DNA of 37,021 bases, from contig JYFJ02003836.1 in NCBI GenBank assembly GCA_000934665.2, positions 1 through 37,021 on the forward strand, read 5' to 3'. This DNA comes from Catajapyx aquilonaris. Its lineage: Eukaryota. Position numbers and translations under genes: made by a program. The notes below the pieces were generated by a model, which had not been told where the DNA came from, did not search any database, and was given only the letters and a program-made list of their open reading frames with translations. Positions 1 to 9,258 of the stretch are shown here, one piece after another; the stretch's first letter is position 1, and each line of letters opens with the position of its first letter.

Positions 1-122
1 TGGATGGCCTCCAGAAGGAGGATCTCTCGCTCAAGTGTCGCGTTGTCACCCTCATCTCCTAGGTGGATTTGGAGGGAAACGGGGGACAGCAGGACGATAA
101 TGGTGCTCAGGAGAGAAAACAT
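1..122 (-). CDS. 5' part of exon 1 of another IR paralog (gene 0), runs off the window edge
   Basis: ATG at 122-120 reads MFSLLSTIIVLLSPVSLQIHLGDEGDNATLEREILLLEAI, matching the N-terminus of genes A, C, D, E and F. Intactness cannot be judged. Confidence 0.75.
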   Translation of the reverse strand, partial: MFSLLSTIIVLLSPVSLQIHLGDEGDNATLEREILLLEAI

Positions 123-424
123 TGTCTGCTGAGTGCTCGCAACAATGGAGATTCTGTGACAAACGCGCAGAGAAATAAGTGTACCGGAGAGCACAGCTTG
201 TTTTTATTAGCATATAGACCAGTGATGCTTTGATGTTTGGTCCCTTTGCCTTCTCATAACCATTGCCTAAGCGGTCATAAGAGAGTATAGAGCGCAATTC
301 ACATCATAACTTTTCTCCTTGAAATTCCGCAGTCGATTTAAATGTACAAAGGGAATCGACTTTAGGAAATGAGAGGCATATTTGAGTATGATTTTACTGG
401 AACCTGAGTTTACTGTCGAATTAT

Positions 425-802
425 GGCGAGGCGTGGTGGCAGAGTTGGTAACTACTTGGTTTGCTGAGCGAAAGGTCCCGGGTTCGATCCCCGTCCGGGA
501 GTTCCCCTTTGCTTGCGTCAGGAGGGTCTCCCCGCGCTTTGGAGGCGTCTGGCAACCTAACTTCCAGAGAAACTGCACATGACCCAGTTTCAGTCATTGC
601 ACAAGCACCATTGTCTCCTCCCCAAAAATCCCTATCCCTACCTCATGTCCTTTCTTCCCTGCACGGAGTTCGAAGAAAAACTAGATAAACGAAAAATGGA
701 AAATATATGGTAGTGGTGTTCCACCCCCTAAAATAGCGATATCCTCTCAATGGGGGCAAATAAATAAATAAATAAACAAATAAAATAAAATAAAAATAAT
801 GT
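425..802 (+). mobile_element. tRNA-derived SINE (family 1)
   Basis: A-box-like TGGCAGAGTTGG, B-box GGTTCGATCC, (TAAA)n tail. TSD TGTCGAATTAT at 414-424 and 803-813. Paralogous upstream regions show the empty site (GGTCGAATTATCTT near 17132 and 27020). Confidence 0.88.
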
Positions 803-2476
803 TGTCGAATTATCTTGACCAAATGAGTGCCTTTCGAATAGGACAATAGGTCTACGGAACTGGTTTCCGCAACAAATCCTGAAGTATACCACATGAAAAA
901 TACTGGTAATCGATGATCATATGAGATAGTATGAGATAGTATTAATTATGTTTACTTTGAAATATCATGATATTAATAGTCGATTGTAGCGTGGTGATAA
1001 AAGTTGCCAAGAGACGCTACACTAATGTGTCCCTTAGGATATGGAATGGCTCGATGTATGGGCAAGGAGTACGGTAAGCAATTTATAGATCAATATCGTA
1101 CATACAGAGACTTACGTTAAGCAATGACTAACTCAATACCGCTGAGCAAAATGTGACTATTCTTAGCGATCTGCAGTTCGGGGCTTAATATATTGGTTGC
1201 AAGTTTTAGTATTGATTAATTCCATATCAAATCGTACCACTGCGCCTTTTCTAATATCTAAGATATTACTTTCCATTACCACGTGACATTTTGTCCTTAT
1301 GAAATATTGAGCAAAGTGCTGGTGTGAGCCAATTTCCCTTTGCAGCAACCCGAAAAATGGCAGAAGTGGATTTGTGAATAACTTCGTAGTCTGTAGGTTA
1401 CCCTTTGCTTTGCATCAAAGCAACAAAGTAGGCATTACTGAGGTAATAAAAACGAATGGCAGGAAAATAGGCATGAAAGGGATATTAAGACTCTGGATAT
1501 AGGAACCACTCAGACATTTAGAGAACCTTTCGCAACTCTTTTCACATGAGTGTGCAAGACCTCTTGATATTAAAGCACATAAATCAAACCATTCATAGTG
1601 CTTGTATATGTTTTATTTCCTGTTTCATACACTGGTGTTATAATGTTGTAATGTTACGCAACAGTTCTAGGTGTAAAGCAGAATGCAAGGTGTTTCAGAG
1701 CATCACAGTAAATGTCCTTATAGGAGTTTCATAATTTCGTCTTGACAAACAGATTTTTCTTGGACTCCTAATAAGTGTCCACCATGACCCAAGAAAAATA
1801 ACAGCGTTAGCGTCCGATACTCCGATTTCACGTAATGCCGTGCGTACGAAGTCGCTCAATTCTACGGTAACATACATTAATATATTTATCAGATAATTTA
1901 AGTTCCGACCGTGGTTTCAAGTGAGGCTCGAATTTTGTCTTGTATAAGAAGCCAGCCCAGAGTAGAATGATGCCGAATATATTATTTTGTGCTTGTAAAA
2001 TTACATGAGGAATGCAGGAAGTAGTGTGTTAGATTTAGTTGACATTTATCGTAAATACTAGGTACAGCACAATCATCAGACAGTAGTATCTGATGGGACC
2101 GCATTTTTATATGCAGCTTACATGCCGCTTGAATCCTATGTAAGCTTATATTTTATTAGTTTAAGCTTGTCAACAGCACCTATTTTTGCATCTCTCTCGA
2201 CACGCGACAATTAGCTTCTCAATAATAAATGCAGGTAAGGCAAGCATACCGTAACCCACTATTAATCCGTAAAACAAACCTTTCGTCTGTTTAATGTTCA
2301 AGGCCAAGGAAGGTATACTTCCAGCAAGTGGCCTCTCTGTCGGGCTTCATTGACCTTCTCTTTGTAAGGAACGTAATATGTATACGCCAAGTATAAATCA
2401 ATCAATCCACCTCCCTCCATTCGAAGAAGCACGGAATCGAAACGTGGGATAAGAACGGCATGCTCTGGAAACATCA

Positions 2477-2643
2477 TAGTCGTGGGCCAGGACTGTCAGG
2501 CAGGTGCTGTCCAGCTGGGTCTGGATGGCCTCAAAAAGGAGGATCTCTCGCTCAAGTGTCGCGTTGTCACCCTCATCTCCTAGGTGGATTTGGGGGGAAA
2601 CGGGGGACAGCAGGACGAAAAGGGTGGTCCGGAGAGAAAACAT
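2477..2643 (-). pseudogene. Truncated IR exon-1 remnant (first ~56 codons only)
   Basis: MFSLRTTLFVLLSPVSPQIHLGDEGD...VLAHDY. Homology stops abruptly at ~2477 and no exon 2 or 3 lies between it and gene 0's upstream region. Confidence 0.85.
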
Positions 2644-2956
2644 TGTCTGTAGAGTGCTCGCAACAATTATTGAGATTCTGTGACTAACGGCAGAGAAATA
2701 ATAGTACTGTCCCTTAGCTTAGAGCACAACATACTTGTCTTTATAAGCATAGACCAGTGATCTTTGCTATCTTGGATATTTGGTCCCTTTGCCTTCTGAT
2801 AACCATTACCTCAGCGTTGATAAAAGAGTAGAGCCCATTTCACATCAACTCTTTCCCCTTTAAATTCGGCAGTCAATTTAAATGAACAAAGGGAATCGAA
2901 ATGAAGGTCATATTTGAGCATGATATTACTGGAATCTGAGTTTACTGTCGAATTAT

Positions 2957-3218
2957 GGGGAGGCGTTGTGGCAGAGTGGGTAACGACTCGGTTTGCTGAG
3001 CGGAAGGTCGCGGGTTCGATCCCCGCCTGGGAGTTCCCTTTCGCCTGCATCAGGATGGTCTCTAACCCGAGCTTGGAGGTGTCTGGCAACCTAACCTCCT
3101 GGAGAACTGCACATGCACCAGCACCCGTGTCTCCTCCTATAGTAACGTTCCACCCTCTGAAAGAGAGATATCCTGTCAATGGGGGTAAATAAATAAATAG
3201 AATAAAATAAAAACAATT
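2957..3218 (+). mobile_element. SINE family 1 copy, shorter internally, at the same site as 425-802 within the duplication
   Basis: Same head (GTGGCAGAGTGGGTAAC...GGTTCGATCCCC), A-rich tail, flanked by CGAATTAT on both sides. Confidence 0.85.
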
Positions 3219-3356
3219 CTAACGAATTATCTTGATCACAGCAGTGCCTTTCGAATAGGTTTACGGAACTGGTTTACACAACAAATCCACAAATCCTCAA
3301 GTATACCTAGCCACTTGAGAAATACCGGTCATAATCGATGATCATATAGGTATTAA

Positions 3357-3483
3357 GGGCCGGTTTCACCGAGCTCAGTATATGATAAAACCAGGGTTCT
3401 TTCTCAAAATCCCTATCTATTTGTATGGGATTTTCCTAAAGAAACCTGGTTTTATCATATACCAAGCTCGGTGAAACCGGCCC
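3357..3483. mobile_element. 127-bp MITE, PIF/Harbinger (Tourist)-like
   Basis: TIR GGGCCGGTTTCACCGAGCT; almost wholly palindromic. TAA TSD at 3354-3356 and 3484-3486. Absent from the duplicate at ~945. Confidence 0.88.
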
Positions 3484-4270
3484 TAAGTAGGTTTACTCTG
3501 AAATATCACTACATTAATAGTCTATTGTACGTGGTGATAAAAGTTGCCAAGAGACGCTACACCAATGTGTTCCTATGACTTTTATGCAATGTATGGGTAA
3601 GGAGTAAGCAATTTACGGATCGATATTGTACTGTACATGCAGAGACTTACGTTAAGCAATAACTAACTCAATTCTGAGCAAAATGTGACTAGTCTTATCG
3701 ATCTGCATTTTGGGGCTTAATTTATTGGTTGCAAGTTTTAGTATTGATCAATTCTATTTCAAATCGTACCACTGCACGTTTGCTAATATCTGACATATTT
3801 ATTTTCATAACCACATGATATTTTGTGCATATGAAATATGGTGCAAACTGCTGGTGTGCGCCAATTTCCCTTTGCAGGAACACATTACTCACCTTAGCGC
3901 TATTGCTGATGAAGGAGTATGTCCTCCAGAGTCCAGACCACTATTAATTTTATTGCGATCACTCAAGTCTGTGGCAAACTGACCTCCACGGAAGCAGCGT
4001 TACGATATCACCCACTTTTATTTTTTGGTCACCAATATAATTTTGCCATCAATGAAAATGTCTCCTCGTTTATACAGGGGGTGGAGATTTATCATACCTT
4101 CGCTTTGGAGGATGGTACTATTCGCAATATGTCGTTTGCCATTGTTATTTTGAGTGGTTATGCCTTATTTGATCATATTATTAATTTTCTGAAAATTCAA
4201 GTGTCTTGGCCTTACACAGTTAGATAATGAGACAAAGTAGGTGAGCATGTGACTATTAATTTTTTGCTCG

Positions 4271-6852
4271 TTATTTTTTATGCAGGATATGAAATGCGAA
4301 TTCCAAAACAAACACCAAAATCGCAACTAGGTGGCAAAATATTACACCGAAGAAGATTCCTTTCGTTTGACTGAAATTGAGAGCAAGGGACGGAGTAGGC
4401 AGCAAGTAATTCTTCTCCCTGGCTTCAAAAATCTTCCCAACGTAAACAGATTCGTAAATGTAGTTTCGATAATAACCCAGCAGGCCAGCAGAGTCCATTC
4501 GTATCAAAAGCGAGTTGAAACGAGGAGTGAGGACACTGTGCTTGGGAAACACCATGGAGCCGTAATATTTGGTTGACGTTTCTTCCGATGAAAGAAACGG
4601 CCATTTTCCAGCCATGTCCAAGAAATTAGACGCTTCCAGGAGCAAGATGTTTTGCGCTCCAAAACAGACGTAGTCTTCGTCTAAGGCCATCTGAAGGCAA
4701 TCCTCGAAGGTGTCCACAACTTCTATCCCATCGGAAAACTTGTGGTGATGATCCAGATCGGACTCGCTCATAATCACCCGGGCATATAGAGCGTGCATTG
4801 CTGTGCTGCCCCATCTCCATCCCTCTCGATTTGTCAACTCTGCGGTGGATCTGTACCGGGAAAAACATGGAATCAAGCTGTGGTGTTTTACACCATAATA
4901 TTGTGATTTGCCACTTTCAGTTTGGAATTAACATGACCTAAGTTTATTAAGTTATATTAGAGATGCTGGGCGGGGATACTTTTTGCATTCCCGTAATTCA
5001 TACCTGGGAAGCATCTCGTGATCCGGGTTGGCCAGAAACCCGATCAGCTTGGCCGTGTATCCACATGTGATGACCACAGCGAATGTCCACCAGAGAGAGA
5101 GGAACATCCTGGCAGAGTGTGACCTCGGGACAAGGTTTGGGTTCTCCTCGATCAGGGTCAGGAGGACATAGGTCAGGGAGTAAGGGAAGAGGGGAGGGGA
5201 GGGCTTGGAGAAGGGGGATGCGACCTTCTTGATGGTGACCAGGAGGAGAAGCCAGAGGAAGAGGCTTCCGATGATGCAGGAGATGGCGATCAGGACCCAC
5301 ATTCCCTTGGTGTACGGTCGGATTATCACGTCCCAGGAATTAATTACACGTGGTTTGCGAGTAAGGCATGCTCCTTGAGATAAGTGATAAATGTACCCAT
5401 ATTCGATAACCTCGAGGGGAGCAGTGAACGTGACTGTAATTGCACCAAGATCGTATTTTCTATACAAAACGGCGCCAACCATGCCAATCCATGTTCCGTA
5501 GTCCATCTTTGGTTCCACAGTCACTGCATTTTCCATCGTCTCCACGGTAAGCTCAAAATTAATTCTGTGTGCCAGTTCATAATATACAAGTTCGGCAAAA
5601 TGATCAATAGGTCGCCAGGAGTAAAACCTCTCTTGTATGTCATTTATGTCTGATGATATCGGGAGAGGAGAAATAAACCGGAAGTGCTTTCCTTGGAGAT
5701 TTCTCGTGAAGTCAGGATATAGCTCATCAAGAGCCCAGGAAGTAGATTCGATTTGGACTATGGGCTTTTTTTCTTTGTTGCAGAAGAAACAGTTTGACCA
5801 AAAAGAGAATACTTCCATGTCCACCACAATGTTGCGTCTGTAAGTTATAAAAGTATATAGTCTGACAAGCAGTATTCTGGATATCCAACATCAAGACGTA
5901 ACATCTTAGAAAAGGTTCTTGAGTGTAAGTTATTCTGAGGAATGCTATCAAAATCAAGCAGTGCTCAAAAACACTTTGCAAGGTTGAAAACATTTCACAA
6001 AATTCTCATTCTTTTCTCTGCTCTGATAATATAGTTACGTAGAATAGTAACATTTCAGTGCGCTGTTTAAAGAAAAATAATATTTCGTCAAGTACGCGCT
6101 ACCTGATGTAACTATTTTATTTGGCAATAGTCGAACATAATGTTTTCCTAGCGCCTCAGTTATCGTGATAGAAGGAGCCTGAATAATTTCACACTGTCAT
6201 GTTTTTAATGTCTGAATTTTTTACGAGTATTTTGTGCAGAAGATTCCTCTGTCTAAATAGTGACACTGTAGCCTGTAGGTCTGTAGGCTATCATTGCAAG
6301 CAAGTCTCCTACCACTCACCTGAGTATCCTGGAGTGTGGGTGCTGCAGTATCTCCTCCACCCCTCCATCCCTGGTGAAGAAGACGAAGTGGTGCAGACGG
6401 GTGTTGAGGAGGACACTGGCTGCAGTGGTCTCGATCAGTGATTCGAAGTTGTAGTGGTGAAGGAAGAAGACGAACAAAGTGCAATGGGACAAGTGTTTGG
6501 CTTCAGGACGATGCAACCAGTCGAACCAGTATGTCACTGGTGCTGTGTAGTTGACTGTGGGCTCCGTGGCCTCTGTGGTGGTGGAGTCTTCCTGTGGCCC
6601 GAGTCTGATGTGCAGAGTCAAGTGTTGGTCATCTGGACTGATGGGCCTGTCCACCAAGCGAGCCAGTTGGTTGGGCAGACGGGAGTAGTCGTGGGCCAGG
6701 ACTGTCAGGCAGGTGCTGTCCAGCTGGGTCTGGATGGCCTCCAGAAGGAGGATCTCTCGCTCAAGTGTCGCGTTGTCACCCTCATCTCCTAGGCGGATTT
6801 GGAGGGAAACGGGGGACAGCAGGACGACAATGGTGCTGAGGAGAGAAAACAT
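4271..6852 (-). CDS. Divergent ionotropic receptor A; exons 6852-6320, 5837-5004, 4850-4271 (648 aa; in-frame alternative ATG at 6861)
   Basis: GT-AG sites join in frame (1947 nt). Signal peptide; S1 motif GTWIGMVGAVLYRKYD; IRPY..GMW before M1; PRSHSARMFLSLWW and GYTAKLIGFL (SYTANLAAF equivalent); S2 FPKHS.L.PRFN..L.RMDSAGL; final TM helix. Confidence 0.9.
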
Positions 6853-8040
6853 TGTCTGCATAGTGCTCGTATCAAGTGGGGCACTTATTCTATGGCTAAT
6901 GGCTCAGAAAAGGGCGCAACTGAAAGGAAATCTTGTTGATTTAATCGACCGTGACCGACTGTTCTTTGACATTTGAGCCCTTTGCATTCCCATATGTCTA
7001 TTAATTGAGTCGTGATGTAAAATACAGGGCATTGCGCATTATTATTAATTCCTCTTAAAATTCCGAAGTAAATTTAAGTGGATACAAAGCAACAAAGGAG
7101 CCGACTCTGGGGAAATGGGAGTCACATTATTCGACATGTTTGTACTGGAACCTAATTTCTTCTGTCGACTAACCTTGAACATACCTATTGATCCTCTTGA
7201 GGAATAGTTGTTTCAGTCGCAGTTTCGTCTCCAGAATGTGCGTGGCCTATGAGTAATTGAATGGCTTTTCTCTTGCGAAGCCTCCCAGTAACTAATAGGC
7301 CAGAAAATTAAGAAAGTCGTAATAATAGTGGACACCAACCAAGAGGCAGGAGACATCCAGTTGTGAATATTAGATCTGCATACCGAAACGAGGTGATGTT
7401 ATTAGAGTCGTGGGTGATATTTTCTTTAAGCATAATTTTTGGCGTGCATAAAAAACAACCAGACTGATCAGGCTGAATAACAGTAAATTACAGCAAGATT
7501 CAGTGCTTTATATCGATTAAAGAAGAAGTGCAAACTCAAAATCAAGCAAAAGTGACTTGAAATAATGCTAACATGCAAGAGTATTCAATGTCCATTAAAA
7601 CTTTGACACACCTGACCTGATATTAATAATGTAAAAACACCAGTACTTGCGCTAAATTTATATTGCCAGATTTCAGACTAGAGGTTACGCCCAGCACTTT
7701 CCATTCAATCTATGCACTTACGTATTATATGCACCCACTCCGCGCGATTGGTTTGGATTATTAATAGTTGCTTCCCAATAAAGACCCTTAAAAAATCGTA
7801 GTGATTATGGTGCTACAAAGTCGTTATTTTCGAACAGTTGATTTTATTGGTTCTGAAAAATTAACTGCTAGTTTTGGGTTGAATGAAAGCATATTAATTC
7901 CCTGAATCCCTTCCTCCAATCATAATATTCTACAGGAGAAAATAAATAAGTCTACATATTGTAAAAGCTGTTTGTACTGTATTTGACGTCATCACAAATG
8001 ACAAATTATGATTCATACTGTTATTAACGGGTCTGGTATA

Positions 8041-8141
8041 GTTAATGGTATAGGAACTGAGGCAATTAAGGCAATAAGTGTGATGATATTAAATATCATC
8101 ACACTTATTGCCTTAATTGGCTCAGTTCTTATACCATTAAC
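8041..8141. repeat. ~100-bp near-perfect palindrome
   Basis: GTTAATGGTATAGGAACTGAGGCAATTAAGGCAATAAGTGTGATGATAT is followed almost immediately by its reverse complement (2 mismatches). Confidence 0.85.
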
Positions 8142-8192
<51 letters not shown>

Positions 8193-8534
8193 GATAATTC
8201 TGAGGTACCGTAATGTGCTTTCGCCCCCACATCGGGGCGTATCGCACGGACCTTTATTTATTGAGGTACATTTGGTGCCTATTCATTTGAAGCGCCCAGG
8301 CCCACGGGCAGGATGACAAGACGGGATGTGCAAGGTGCAGTGCAATGTCTTAATGTGGCCATTTTTAGTGAACTCCCCCGGGTGGTTTAGTCTGTTGGAA
8401 ATACCACCCGAGACGAAGCCAGAGGTGACCCTGAACTCTGCACGAGATGAAGGGGGTGTCCCAGGGTTGGGATCGAACCCGGGACCGTAACATCCGTGGG
8501 CGCATACGTTACCGCTGCACCACTTCGCCTCCCC
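8142..8534 (-). mobile_element. tRNA-derived SINE (family 2) with (GAT)n tail
   Basis: Minus-strand head GGGGAGGCGAAGTGGTGCAGCGGTAAC...GGTTCGATCCC. Body shared with 10145-10355. (CAT)n at 8142-8190. No clear TSD. Confidence 0.8.
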
Positions 8535-8898
8535 ATATTTCATCTATTTAATAATTGGTAACTCTGTAAAAGGGCGGGCCCTTTTCGGAGAACACCATGC
8601 AAAAGGGATCAGAAACAACAATGGTGCAAGGCATACATCATAATAAAGAAATACATAATTGACTCACGAAACATATATGCAAGAAACAGGATAATATACA
8701 CAATGAATCCAACAAACGCTTTTTGTTCAACTATTAAGAGATCTGGGATTTTCACATGAGACAACAAAGGAAATGAAGGGATTCTAATGTTCTTATGGGA
8801 CATAGCTCGGCCGGTCAAGGTAAGAGAAATGTCATATTACACCAAACATTATAAATGACGTGCACAGAAGTGCAATATTGAACAGTGACAGACACTTA

Positions 8899-9048
8899 AG
8901 GCCATTTCACAAAAAAAATGTCGCGCGGCAAACGGCGCGACTTGCGGCAAATTTTATTGTTGCCAACAATTGGCAACAATAAATATAAATAAAAATTTGC
9001 CGCAAGTCGCGCCGTTTGCCGCGCGACATTTTTTTTGTGAAATGGCCT
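8899..9048. mobile_element. 150-bp MITE, PIF/Harbinger-like
   Basis: ~57-bp perfect TIR AGGCCATTTCACAAAAAAAATGTCGCGCGGCAAACGGCGCGACTTGCGGCAAATTTT. TTA TSD at 8896-8898 and 9049-9051. Confidence 0.9.
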
Positions 9049-9258
9049 TTACAGGTCATAATTATATGCGATATCGCGATTATCACGACGTTTAGTTAAG
9101 TGTGAAGGTGTACGGTAAACAGGTCATCATGGTAGATGGTGAGAGAAGGACCAACAACTGTTTTTTAAAGTGATGTGAAGGCCCGAAAAGTATATCCCCT
9201 GTATTAGATAGCAATATCATAAGGTTAGTGACAAATGTGCCCATTGCGTATTATACCT

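Larger units (their letters stand above)
2522..3877. repeat. Direct duplicate of 1-1345 (IR 5' end, upstream region and SINE)
   Basis: Colinear similarity from TGGATGGCCTC (1 vs 2522) to CCAATTTCCCTTTGCAG (~1345 vs ~3877). Confidence 0.9.

Noticed and set aside
425..500. tRNA-like sequences (also ~2957, ~8465-8534, ~10285-10355, ~22670-22720)
   Set aside because: A/B boxes are present, but they continue into shared bodies, tails and TSDs. These are SINE heads, not tRNA genes.
4998..5300. Alternative-frame ORF (..PDRHLLHHRKPLPLASPPGHHQEG..) recurring in all six genes
   Set aside because: Shadow frame of the GC-rich homogenised cassette. Starts and ends differ between copies, and its conservation follows from DNA identity.
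6454..6792. Antisense ORFs over exon 1 (also 16278, 26306, 31420, 35612)
   Set aside because: Expected opposite codon-biased coding sequence; variable boundaries and no recognisable domain.
8008..8316. 102-aa ORF with a poly-Ile tract resembling a membrane protein
   Set aside because: Translation of a palindrome plus the (CAT)n microsatellite.
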